Assembly: GCA_039621445.1 (NCBI GenBank) | Contig: CP154954.1 | Coordinates: 32,961,455 to 33,025,454, forward strand | Reading direction: 5' to 3' | Origin: Euglena gracilis | Lineage: Eukaryota | Length of the DNA: 64,000 nucleotides | Shown: piece after piece, positions 36,901 through 47,900 of the stretch | How the letters are laid out: the number at the start of each line of letters is the position of its first letter | Position numbering within the stretch: the stretch's first letter is position 1 | Translations under genes and position numbers: made by a program | Notes under the pieces: model-generated | The model's database searches: none | What the model was told of the DNA's origin: nothing | What the model saw: only the letters and a program-made list of their open reading frames with translations

Positions 36901-39900
36901 GCCAAAAAAGGGGTGCAGCCCGCCAAGAGGTGGTGTTAATACCACCAATTTACCCTTAAAATGTTTATGCATCGAACCTCACAACCCAATGGTGAATAAG
37001 AAGTTCGTGGAGGTCTCGTCTGCTCCTTGTAGTCTTTTCCGTCCACCCAGAAAAACGTCACCAGTCTCACACAGAAGTGCCCACGGGAGCTCAACAAGAA
37101 TGTCTATGGGGGTCTACGGGTCACGTCCGTGGCTGCCTAAGCGGGCATGCGGGTGCCCTGCCACGTGCCAGCCACCCGGGCCATGGCCTGGGGGAGGTCC
37201 ACAGGGGCCGCCATCAGGGCCGCCACCGTCGGGTCCTGCTCGTCCCCAGGGCTGTATGGGAAGGCCTGGTGGGGGGTCAGATCCCCCCCTGACCTGACCC
37301 CTGGCACCTGCTCAAAGAAAATTCCTTCGGCGCTGCCGGAAATACAGCAATTTTTGAGGGGGTCGGACCCCCCCACCCACCACCAAGCACCTATAGTTGG
37401 CACCCCGATTTTTGCCATTTTCGGCCATTTTCGGCCATTTTCGGCCATTTTCGCCCATTTTCGGCCATTTTCGGCCATTTTCGGCCATTTTCGGCCATTT
37501 TTTCCTATTGGTGGGGGGTAAAATTACCTTAAAATCCTTTCACACCAACAATGCATTTGATCATTCATACAACGTGAAAATAGTTGTGAGCAACAAATCA
37601 AGCCAACACATCCAAAAAGGTCCGTTTGGAATGGGTGCTCAGGGATTAAAGAGGTCAAAAAAATTGGTTGCAATATCGTGAAAAATCTAAATGGCACAAA
37701 TCCATCACTTCAAAGAAGCCTTGATGTTAAATTTCATCTGTCATGATGAGATGATCATCCGTCTGGATGTGGCGAAGTTGGAAGAAAATGCACTCGGCTT
37801 GAGCTCAGAGCAAAAGCAAGCAAACATGTGATCAGCACATAATGTTGAAATATTGACATCAAATGCGCTCACCCAATTGCCCAATTTCTGCAGCATATAC
37901 ATCTTGTCCAGCATCTGCATCTTGTTCAGTATCTGCATCCATTTTTTCTGTTGGAGAGGACCGAGGGAATGGGAGGGCAGGGAGGAGGGGAGGAGAGGGA
38001 GGGCACCTGGCTGGGTTTGGGGAGAGGCTCCACACGGGATGCTCGCCCACCCGCAACCGGCCGGGCCTGCGGGGCTCGGGATACCAGCCCGAATGAGCCA
38101 GGGTTCGGGACACCTGTTGCTCCGCGCGGCATGAGCCTCCTTGTTGGCGTTGTTGGCGTTGCTTGGGCTGCCCCAGCTGCTACGATGATGACGATGGTGG
38201 CGCTGTGGCGGCAACTACACCGCCTCCGCGTAAGTTGGGGGCGAGGGCGATGAGCTGGTGGGGTGTATGTGGGCGGGAGGCGGACTGCTTGGCTCCCTCT
38301 GCCGCGATGAACGACTCCGCCGCCGGCAGTTTGGACCCTCAGATGGGTCCCGAGAATGGCGTTGATGTCCTTGCTCGGGATCAGCAGCTGCATAGATGGT
38401 CAGCCGCAAGCCGTCGAGCTGCTCCTGAATGATGTGTAGAGTGTCGAGCAGCGTGTGTAGGGAGGGGGTGGTTGGAGAAGGGAGAAGAGGGGCAGAGGGT
38501 GCGCTGCGCACTCCCAGTGCAGGAGGATCTAATGGGTTTCATGGCTTCGGGTTTCGGGCTTCAGGTCCTTGGTCTTCTTGGGGTGGGGCAACCGAGAGAG
38601 CGAGGGGCGGTGGGGCCCCGGAGAGCTGTGGGGGTGGTTGCCAGTCCAGGGGCAGGGAATGTGGGCCCGGGAGTGGGAGTGGGACTGGGAAGAGGACCGA
38701 CCGGGAACGCAGCGGACTTAAATGCGGGCTCCGACAGGTGGTAATCCATTGCATCTTGTCCAGTATCTGCAACCATTGCATCTTGTCCAGTATCCCCATT
38801 CGATTCGTCTTGTCCAATATTTGTGTCTTGCCTAATGTCTTCATCCATTGGCTCCCAACCTACCGCAAAAACCCAAAAAAATGACCACAAAAAGCCCAGA
38901 ATTGTCCACAAAAAGTCCCCAAAAGCACACAAAATGACCTAAAATGGCTTGAAATAACCAAAAATTGCCCAAAAACGCCAACAATGTCCACAAAAAAAAG
39001 TGAAAAATAACACAAATCACCAAAATGGCGCAAAATAGCCGGAAATGTCATAAAATGAGCTCATATTGACCCAAATTAGCACAATATTTGCCAAATCAGT
39101 GCAAAATACCCCAAAATCAGCAAAAATTGATCCAAAAATGGCCAAAATGGGCGTAATACTGGAGATTTGTGGAGAAATTATCCCAAAAATGGGGTTTATT
39201 CTTCAAAAAATACAAAAAAATGCCAGCATCGCCCTTGTCACCAAAATTTTCTGAAATGTCATCAAAGCCCAAATAACCTTTTCGGAGGTGGTTCTTTGAG
39301 CAGCATGTGTTGCAGTGCCAGGCATGATGGCAGGAGAACAGAGGCTGCACAGAGACAAGAATCAGTCGTACTAGAAATCGCCCCTCAGGCGTTGGGCAAA
39401 GTTGTTGGGCAAAAAAAACTCGAAAATTTTTGCAATGATTTTTTCTCATTTTCGGCCATTTTCGGCCATTTTCGGCCATTTTCGGCCATTTTCGGGACCC
39501 CCACCTATAGAGCCCAAAATTTCATTCTCGGCCATTTTCGGCCATTTTCGGCCATTTTCGGCCATTTTGACTCTAGGTGCTTGCCCACCACCCATAAGGT
39601 TGCGGGGATTCCCGCAGCCCTGCTCGTCCCCTTCGAACGCCGCCTTCGGGGGCCGCTCTGCAGCGCCGAACAGACTCGCCGGCAGAGCCGCTTTGAGGGC
39701 TTCCCTGCCACCTCCCACCCCAACCCACGCCAGACCGGAAAGGAGCACTGGCCACATTGACTGGGGGTGTGGGCCTGCCCCCAACTGAAAAAGCAAAAGG
39801 AAAAAACCGAAAGAAAAATGCAAAAATGCAACTGACATGTAAATTCGTCAACAGGACCCCGGGATCAGGGTGGTTCTTAAGGAAATAAAAAAGCACATTG

Positions 39901-40725
39901 AATGAAAACCCACAGGAAAATGGGCAAGCAAATTTGGCATTTTTCAGATCGACATCAGGGAAATATTGATTCTTCACATCCTTGGACATCGTCCACCCAC
40001 CCAAAACGTCAAAAAATGCATTGTTTAACCTTTTGATTTTCGACCCGTTCAAGCCCCAGTCGCCCTTTGGCCCAAAAGAGTTTAAAAAATTAAAAAAAAA
40101 ACCTTTCCAGTCCCTTAAGGACTGCCCTGCCGAGGATGCATACATTTCTGCTGGAGAGAGAGACTTTGAATTTTCACCTCCGCCAAATAATGTTTTGACG
40201 ATGCAACATTTTCATTTTGCAACACAGTGCATAATGAATAAATGCATAATCATTCGCACTTGTCCACCAAAAACACAGAAGCATGAGCAAAATAGCCTTG
40301 AATTTTTTTTAAAAATGTGAAATTTCAAAAAACATATAAAAATGACACACCAAAACCAAAATGTGGTGCATATTGCATATTTCGTCAGATCGATTGCCAA
40401 GATGCATACACTTGTACTTCATTATGCAACAACAGAAACAAAGGCAAAATTGGTGTATACTTCAGGAAGATGTCTTGAAAAAATCGCAAAAATGAATGAC
40501 GTCAAAATATACAAAAAAACCCGGAAATTTGAATGCAAACCTGCAACCTGCAACTAACCTGCAATTTCAAAAAATGTTAACTATTAAAAAAAATCTCGCC
40601 AGTTATGCAAGAACTACACTTTATGTGACTTGCACATTCCCCAGTCTCGGGAGGGCCCTGGATGGGACCTGCCCCACGGCGATGGGGCACGCCAGCTCAT
40701 CGTCCGGGATGTGGTGCTTCGTCAT
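27460..40725 (-). CDS. SNAPC3: snRNA-activating protein complex subunit 3 (SNAP50) homologue, 14 exons, ~410 aa
   Basis: Family motifs in order: VLGSQPLLALRRAIYC (31735-31620), SACFFINNAFYSD (~30648-30559), DYSQLI..MQDVTFNQLS (30288-30170), VRLGERYFYVHAGGCAHYVVFTAVRLLHP (29937-29851), YPDRVF..CGVC..KVTYND..SP (29414-29278), TFFCDPCFYRLHY..YPYWHE* (27574-27460). 5' exons: 40725-~40669, ~39705-39626, 37241-37194, 35698-35577, 35043-34998, 34450-34403, ~33342-33250, ~32699-32628. The first junction and the start codon are less certain. Confidence 0.93.
27710..27901. repeat. (TA)n tract between two copies of TTTAAAGCTTGAT; a second (TA)n tract lies at ~27065-27168
   Basis: Direct repeats at 27698-27710 and 27900-27912. 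Confidence 0.9.
28553..28784. mobile_element. TA-flanked Tc1/pogo-type MITE
   Basis: TIR (C)nTAATAGATGCACGGG / CCCGTGCTTCTATTAGGA(G)n. Four internal AAGCGCACCC motifs. Sits between AT-rich microsatellites. Confidence 0.7.
28786..28881. repeat. (TAATAC)n hexamer microsatellite
   Basis: Read directly. Confidence 0.95.
28879..29007. mobile_element. Tiny TA-flanked MITE with a duplicated right end
   Basis: CCCTATGTCCAATGACC / GGTCGTTGGACATAGGG inverted pair. TGTCCTCTGACC(G)nTGGTCGTTGGACAT occurs twice. Confidence 0.6.
29439..29590. mobile_element. Small MITE nested in SNAPC3 intron 29415-29850
   Basis: TIR (G)nATTGATATC / GATATCAAT(C)nTG. Internal GCRGAAAAATT tandem repeats. Flanks tgcctct/cacctct, 5/7. 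Confidence 0.7.
33906..34205. mobile_element. 300-bp hAT-type MITE in a SNAPC3 intron
   Basis: TIR CAGGCCATTGCTTGAGG, 15/17 match. Perfect TSD gtccacat at 33898-33905 and 34206-34213. Related copies at ~52482-52846 and ~54660-54817. Confidence 0.9.
34518..34822. mobile_element. 305-bp hAT-type MITE in a SNAPC3 intron
   Basis: TIR CAGGGCGGTCCTTAAG, 15/16 match. Perfect TSD ccccgaag at 34510-34517 and 34823-34830. Confidence 0.92.
37247..39622. mobile_element. hAT-type MITE inserted in a SNAPC3 exon; equals nonconventional intron 37242-39625
   Basis: Terminal inverted repeat (TIR) CAGGGCTG/CAGCCCTG. Perfect 8-bp TSD ctcgtccc at 37239-37246 and 39623-39630. The element is 168 bp once the nested element is removed. 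Flanking exons join in frame (FEGD|EQDP). Confidence 0.85.
37384..39583 (-). mobile_element. 2.2-kb internally deleted hAT-type transposon nested in the intron above
   Basis: TIR CAAGCACCTA(T/G)AGT, 13/14 match. Perfect 8-bp TSD cccaccac at 37376-37383 and 39584-39591. Subterminal (TTTTCGGCCA)n arrays at both ends. Decayed internal ORF. Confidence 0.88.
39866..40129. mobile_element. Older copy of the CAGGGCGGTCCTTAAG MITE family
   Basis: TIR 14/17 match. TSD cccgggat/ccgaggat, 6/8. Shares the internal core of 34518-34822. Confidence 0.8.
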
Positions 40726-40749
40726 GGAGGAGGGGCCATTGGGAAACGA

Positions 40750-40780
40750 AGCTGGCAGAGGGGAAAGGGGAGGGGTCAAC
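40750..40780 (-). promoter_or_regulatory. Candidate spliced-leader trans-splice acceptor upstream of the SNAPC3 ATG; similar sites at ~26178-26215 and ~44038
   Basis: Pyrimidine tract plus AG ~27 nt before the ATG. SL trans-splicing is established in euglenozoans; use of this particular site is inferred. Confidence 0.35.
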
Positions 40781-43002
40781 CCTGTTCTCCAGTTCACCGA
40801 AGGAAGGAAGACAGCGTGCCGGACAAAAAACAACGGAAACGTTGCTGTGAGCAGGCACGACAGGCGGTTTTGGTAAGCCCCACCGTGAATGGAACGAAAA
40901 GTCGTTACCCGACTTTTCACTTGGTGGCTCACACAGGGTCGTCAAAGGGTCAAAGGGAGGCATTTTTGGGTGGCTTTTGGGTTTTCACCCCAAATTTTGA
41001 CTGAAAGTTGCCAACCCAGCTGGATTTGGGCTCTTTATTTGTGTGTACGTTCGAGATACCAGCCGGGCCCAGCTGCCAGCCGATTGGACCCCCCCTCCTG
41101 GGACGTTGGGTTCAGCCGGCATCTTTTTTTTTCTCCAGCCAGCACCTTTTATCCTTCTGTCTCGTGGGACCTCCCCCCTAAAGGGATAGATGGGAAGCCC
41201 TTCGGGTTTGAGGTGGGTGGGATGGGTCCCGACAACCCCCCTGGGGGGTAAGGTGGTGAGTCGGACCTAGTTTCAGCCAGGGCAGGGGACCCACATTTGG
41301 GGGGGGGGGCAACCTGCCTTTTTCAGCCAGCCCTGGTATTTTGAAGTTTGGGCCGGGGTTCACTGGACCCCCCTCCCCAGGGGGATCCGGACCCCCCCCC
41401 CCCCCCCCCCCTGAATGTTGGGAGGGCTCACCCCCCATCCTCGGCAGGTCCCAAAAATAGCGAAAAGTTTTCTTCCGGCGCTGCGCCAGAAAATGGGTAA
41501 AAAATTCCTTTTTTCCTCACTTTTGATTTTGAGCATATTGCTCATTATGCCAGGAGCTCACAGCCAGGCTGCGGTCTCCCTGGGTTTCTGAAATAAAGTT
41601 GGGGCCGTTTGGGGGTTGAAGCCCCAGTTTGCAAGTTTTCTGAGTGGCTTCCTCATTTCCGAGTTAGAGGTAAATGAGGTTAAGGGATAGGGTTCCCGGG
41701 CTCCGCGCGTCCAAAGTCCCCTAACGGAAAGTCAGAATTAGGAGTTAGGAGGGGAAGCAAAGTCGAATAGGGGTATTGGTCCCACTTGTATGGCACGGGG
41801 AGTTCCAACCCCCCGTCACACCACTGGGATGCCCGAGCAGTAGGCAGAGGCCGCCAAATAAATGCATAGAACAACCATACAGCGTCATTCTTCATTTTTT
41901 GAGCATTTTCGCCACTGGAGAATATTGGGGTGCATGAACCCTTTCGTCGGTGCAAGAACAGTTTGGAACCTTTGTTGGCTGAATAACTCGGGTCTGGCAG
42001 GAAGCTGCGAGTAAAAAAGAGGTGCTGCAGAAAGCCAAGATCCAGTAGCTAATCATTTAAAAAAAACTTGAAATTCCGGAAGCAGGGCTGGACCATGATG
42101 ATAATTTGCAGTACTCATTGCCTGTCCCAACTCGGGGGGGGGGGGGGGGGGACACCCCCTTTTCCCCAGTTGGATGGAGGTTAGAGGCAGAGGCAGAGGC
42201 GCTTTTTACCTTCATTGGGAAAGTATAAGGGGGAGCACGTCCAGCTGTGCGACTCACAGGGAAATGGGATGAGCCCTGTGCTGTGTCAACCAGCGTCGAC
42301 CAGGGAGGTTCAAGCATGGAACTGCTTGGAATGTTTTGTAATGAAAATGGTTAAACGAAACCATAGGCCCCACTTTTTGTTTGTATTGAACAAGATATAC
42401 ATTCGCCTTTTGATTCATCTCCTGGTTGACTTCGACCAGGTACCAAAGACGCCTTCCCTTGATTATGCAATTATCGAAGTTATCGACCCAGTTCAAGAGC
42501 CCAAATTCTGTGCAAAGAGGTCATTTGTGTTCTTTGGTACATTCTTCTTGTTGCAAAGCCAGAATGAATAAAACAGCAACAATACCAATAATTGGTGTTG
42601 ATAAAAAATTTGGTTGTTTGTTCATGTACTTGACATGGGATTCAGTTCCGAGGACGATCCAGATGCCGGGATGGGACGCCGTGCCATGCAAGGCGAAGGG
42701 GGGTGATCTCCCTGAAAAGGGCCGCCTGGTTGCGGGGGGGGGGGGCGACCACACCAGCACGCAGGGGAGCTAAGACTTGGCGCCAGCACTGGCAGGGGCT
42801 CTCCCTCCCTGCGAGGGGTCCAAGGGGTGCCCGCCGCAGCTGAAAGGGAGGAGGGGACGGCCCCGTGGGGCACCGCCTGCCAGCCTGGGGGGGGGGACCG
42901 CAGTGCGACGGCAGACGGGTGGTGTGGGGCTCGTTGCGGGGGAGGGCGGATGTAGTGCGGGCGGTATTCATCGCGAGACAGGGGGGCTGTTGGGTGGAGG
43001 GG

Positions 43003-44004
43003 CTAGATGGGGATCTCGGAGGCGATGGAGGAGGGGACAGGGCCGACCACCGGGAGGGAGGGGGTCTGGCAGGGGACAGAGGGGACCGCCAGGTGTGACA
43101 ATTGACAAAAAAAGGGACTGACAGAAGAAAAACAGCTTATTGGATCAACGTTTGAAAAGCCTTTTTTTTGCTCCTTTCTCTCCACAGAACCAACAGACAA
43201 GAGAAAAAAAGTTTAAAAACAACTGAAATAAAACAATTAGCTTAGTGAAAGAGATGAACAAACCCGCATCTGGTGAACAGAAAGCAAAAAATAAAAATCA
43301 AGATGTCTCTTCAAAAAGAAATGGGGATCAAGCATTATACCCCAATTACTGGCAAAAAAGATTCAAAAAAAATGTCTTTGTTCACCTCCTCGCTTTGGGG
43401 GAAACCCCGGTTCTCGGCCGGGCAGCCCTGGGGGTAAATCGCCAGGGGCTGGCCACACCACGCCGCGCCGTCCTCCTCGTCGAAGCAGTAAATGATGCCG
43501 CCCACCGGGAAGCACACGATGGCGGCCCCAAGCCCGGCGATGAGCCCCAGAGTCCGCGGCCTGCCAGTGGCTCTGCTGGGGCACAGCCCGGGGGGGGGGG
43601 GGGGCTCTTCCTTGCAGTTCCACGCAGGGGCAAACAAAATGGGTCCCTGCTCCACCTGACTGACACCTTCGGCCTGAAGACTATCCAGTCCGAGGGGGGG
43701 TGGGCAGGCGGGCAGGTTTTCGTGCGTGCACCGTTATTTATACAGCGCACAGAGCAGATCACGCAAGCACATCATGCATTCCACCAGTTGCCCAAACACA
43801 ATTCTTCTCTGACCCCCCCCCAAAACCACGCCACTGTGTGGGTTGGGTCTCGGCCATGGCTGCTGGCTCACCAACCGGGGTTGGGTTCACCGCTGCCGAC
43901 ATCCGCGGTGGTGAGGTCGGGGCCCGGGCCCCAAGCCACTGCGGGGGCGGGCCCACCACCTTGCAGCGGCAGGGGTTGTCCTCCGTCCCGATCTCGAGGC
44001 ACAT
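43003..44004 (-). CDS. 68-aa Cys-rich single-pass membrane micro-protein
   Basis: Exons 44004-43948, 43553-43434 and 43032-43003 give MCLEIGTEDNPCRCKVVGP|TLGLIAGLGAAIVCFPVGGIIYCFDEEDGAAWCGQPLAIY|SSIASEIPI*. Both introns have terminal stems (cagtggct/agccactg; cagggctg/cggccctg). An upstream AG lies at 44039-44038. The first junction was chosen partly from recalled similarity to a plant protein. Confidence 0.75.
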
Positions 44005-44113
44005 CCCAGGGACGGCGCCCGGGGCAGAGAGGAGCCCTGCGGCGCGGGGTGGTAAAAGGCTGTGCATCGTGGCTGGACAGCCCCGGCGCGTCCCATCCCC
44101 CCCTCTGTTCCTC

Positions 44114-44455
44114 GTTGTTGCCTTTGTTGTTGGTGGTGGTGGTGGTGTTGGTGTTGTTGTTGGTGTTGGTGTTGTTGGTGGTGTTGGTGTTGTTGTTGTT
44201 GTTGTTGTTGCTGTTGGTGGTGGCGTTGGAGGTGATGTTGTTGGGGTGGGGGTAGTGGTGGTGGTGGTGGTGGTGGTGGTGGGGGTGGTGGGGGTGGTGG
44301 GGGTGGTGGGGGTGGTGGGGGTGGTGGGGGTGGTGGGGGTGGTGGGGGTGTTGTTGGTGGTGGTGGTATTGTTGGCTGTTGTCTTTGTTTGTGGTGGTGG
44401 TGGTGGTGGTGGTGTTGGCATTGGTATTGTTGCTGGTGGTGTTGGTGTTGGGGTG
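44114..44455. repeat. (GGT/GTT)n and (GGTGGTGGG)n low-complexity tract
   Basis: Read directly. Confidence 0.95.
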
Positions 44456-44934
44456 CAGTGTGTTTAGACTTCACAAACACGCACGTACCACAAAAAAAAC
44501 AATGCAAAATTTCAGCATTACGTACCCAAAAACAGGACCCCCAGGCCTCCTTTTTGGGCCCGTTGCTAAAAAATCCCATTTTGGGAAGCTTTACCACAGA
44601 CTGAGTTGGGGGTGGTTGCCCCTTTCAATGGTGCAGATCTTCTGGGGCTGCCATTCGCAAACTTCCACCTGCATCGGCAGAGGAGCACAATTACTTGATC
44701 CCGGCCCGATCATTTCGAACTCTGATCCCTTGGCAAATTGCACCAACTAAATTCTCCAGGCACCCAGGTCAGTGAACGCCATTTTTATCTAAAACCATGT
44801 GGGGAAAAGTGCACCAGGAGTTCGAAAATCGATTTGGGTCTCAGTTGCTCAGAAGAAGAAAAATTGGTTCCAGTTTGGGTCTAATGGGGCAGGTGAACAA
44901 TTATTGTGGAAATTACATTATATTCCGCATATTG

Positions 44935-47900
44935 GGGCGGGGCGGCTGGCGGTGCGCCGCGCGGTGGCGGAGCGGCGGCGGCGGCGGCGGAGCGGTGGGA
45001 AGAGTGGCGGCGGCGGTACGAGCAGGAATTTCTTCGGATTGGACCCTCACCCTACCACCTGGGGGGGGGGGGGCAACCAGCCAGCACCTTTTCCCCAGCC
45101 GGCAGCTCCCAGCCGGGCCACAGACCCCCCAGGGGAGTGTCTGGTCCAGGCCAGCACCTCCGGCAGGCTGGCTGGCGGGACCCCCCTTCAGGAATTCCTG
45201 GGGTCCGAGGCAGCGTGCCGCCGCATCCAGCCCGTGTGGCGGGGGGCCGTGCTGCGGATGCGGCTGGCCCGGGTCAAGGTGCGCTGCCATCCGCTTCAAG
45301 CAGAAATGCCACAAACTGATTGGGGCAGTCCTCCAAATGTGTAAACCATCGTACACTGTATTGTATTGGGGTTCAGCTTCATCCGGAAGGATGGGGCACC
45401 CACTGTTTGCATGTGGGGGTTCGGCGGGTGGGGATCTTACCAAACAGGGGGGGGGGCACAAGCGCGTTTGTTTTTTTTTTGCTTTTTTGTGTGTTTTTCA
45501 ATTTTGGCAAGGTTTCCGGCTCTTTTTGTGTTTTTCCTGGTGGGGTTATTCAGTTTTTTTTGCGTTAACGTTTTTTTTCCTGATTATGAAAATTCCTCAT
45601 TTCGGCCCCAATTTCCCCTGGGAACAAAATTTTTGTCAAATTCCTGTCATTTTTGCATTTTTGGTCAATAAAACTGCATATTTTTATGAAAATACCCCGC
45701 AGAGGTGAAAAAATCCTCTCCAGCAGAAAATGTACATCCCGGGGGAGCTCCTGACGGACAACGCATGCAAATTGCGGTTTCTGCATTATTTGTGTTCATT
45801 TGTGCTTTTTTTTGCATCATTTTTGAGGATCCATGTTGTCTCCCCCCCCCCCCCCGTACCATGGCTTAAGGGGTCCGCGCACCCCCCCCCCCAGGGGGAC
45901 TGTTAGATCCTGGGGGTGGGGGGGGGGGGGGGGGGGGGGGTTGGCCAGGAGCTGGACCGAAAGTGGTCACCCTGCGCCGAAGACACCAGAAATCTGGGGG
46001 GGTGGTTTGGCCAAAATCCATTTATTTTCAGCGTTTTTGGCCCGAGTGGCTAACCCAGGGGGGGACAGGAAGTGATTGACCAGTTTTTTGAAAGTGGAAA
46101 GTGACCCTCCCCCGCAGGGGGGTCGGTAAGCAATCGTAAACCTCCCTCCCAAATGACCTGGCGGGGCCCTTGCTCCTGGCAGTGGCCGGATAACCTGGCA
46201 GGAGGAAAAAACTTGGTTCCAGTAACTTGGCACCCCCTTTTCAGGCAAAATTCCTTTATGGCGCTGAGAAAAGGGCCCAAATAGCCTGGCGGGGGGGGGG
46301 GGGGGGGGGCCAAAAGTTGGATCCAATAGCCTGGCACCCCGCCAGGTTATTTGGGGGGGGGGGGTTATGGTGGAGGTCCCATCAGCCGAACGAATGCACT
46401 CGCAAGCAGTGGTGGCCTCTGGAGCATCCATAATTTGTCTGTGTCGCTGAAGTCAAAGTTGTGGCAGGGACATCAAATGAGTTTGGAACCAGAGATTCAT
46501 TTAACACTTGTGTGACCCCCCCGGGGGGAGTTTCGAGAGTGGGTGAGTGGGTTGTGCCCGTGGACTCCCCTGGGGGTGGGGTGCGATAGGGTCGGATTTT
46601 CTGCCTGGCCAACGGCCGGGTCAGAGAAGTTTTTGAGGCGATTTTGGCTGGATTCTGGGTGGGTGGGCGGGTGGTTGACCCCCGTAGGGGGATTGTGGGT
46701 GGGTGGGTTTTTGAGACAAGTGGGTGGGTTTGGCCCCGGGGGAAAAGTGCTGCCCCGGGGGGGGGGGGGGGGCGGGTCACCCAGTGAATCTATGGTTGGA
46801 ATGGTTATGTGCCACCTCCCCTGTCCCCTGCCCCCGTGGCATTGTCCCCCTCCAGCTGGAGGACGACGACGCGGAGCTGTACGGCCGGGTGGAGGTGGCG
46901 TTTGACGAGGAGAGGTACCTGCCCCGGGCGGTGCTTGTCATACTCCCCCCCGTGATGACGACGACGGGTGTGGAGTGGGGAAGAAGGCTGGGCGACGGCG
47001 GAAGAAGACGGGCTTTCTTTTCTTCGTGGTGGGCCGCCCTGCCCCCCCCCCCCAGCAAAGCGCTCGCCCGGTGGCCGGCCGTCAACGTGTCGACGGTGTT
47101 GGCGCAGGCGATGGCGGCCCATGGCCTGGACCGGCCCCCACCGGACCCCGCCGCCCCCACCCCCATGGAGGAGTACCTCCGCCGCAACCCACCGCCGCCT
47201 GCCCCGCCGCCGATGCTGGGGCCGGGGGCCCCGCCCAGCCTGCCGCCCCCACCCGACCCAAACACCCAGGGTTGACCCAGAGAGCCACCCTCCCAGTCCT
47301 TCCAAAAAACTTTTTATACAAATTCATTCACCACTTGTTGTTTGAAAATTCAGAATTCTGTTTTGGTGACTCCTAATTCAGTTTAAAATTTGAATTTCGC
47401 AGACAGAAGGTTTGGCATCTTTTCAACATTCGATTTTCTGCTCATGCCATCTTCTGCATACCGCATTTCCCGCTGTCTGAAATTTTCATCGTTTCGCCAT
47501 CCATTATGACGCATTGGAAACGCTGTACCGGCTGAGCCAACGAACCAACTGAAACGACTGAAAAACGGGCCAAGACACGTTGAGGTTGGGGGCCGGTCAG
47601 CGCCCTGTAACCGACGCCAGCCGCACGGTCCATGCCTGGATGAACGACAGTGCGCCACAGCCTGTCCCGAGCCACGGTGTGCCCCTCGCTTTCCTGGGTG
47701 CCTGCCCCCCCCCCCCCATCGACATCGATCTTTTTTCTCGGTAGTTTAACTTTTGAAGGTTTGAACAGATGCATTTATATTTCATTTGTTCCCGTTTATT
47801 TATATTTTATTATAATTTTATAATATATATATTTTATTTTTTATTTTTCTCCCATTTCTGAACTTTTTTCTGGTTAGTTTTCTTTTTATTTGCTCAAAAA

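Noticed and set aside
37411-37500. Regular repeat arrays as CRISPR-like (also 19570-19930 and 48337-50570)
   Set aside because: No constant repeat with unique, equal-length spacers, no cas genes, and the context is eukaryotic.
37890-38850. Acidic QD-repeat segments as SNAPC3 exons
   Set aside because: They lie within a TIR/TSD-bounded transposon, and SNAPC3 joins in frame without them.
43245-44597. Poly-P/T/V/Q ORFs resembling mucin or extensin
   Set aside because: They arise from the GGT/GTT simple repeat; the coherent gene is the 68-aa spliced product.
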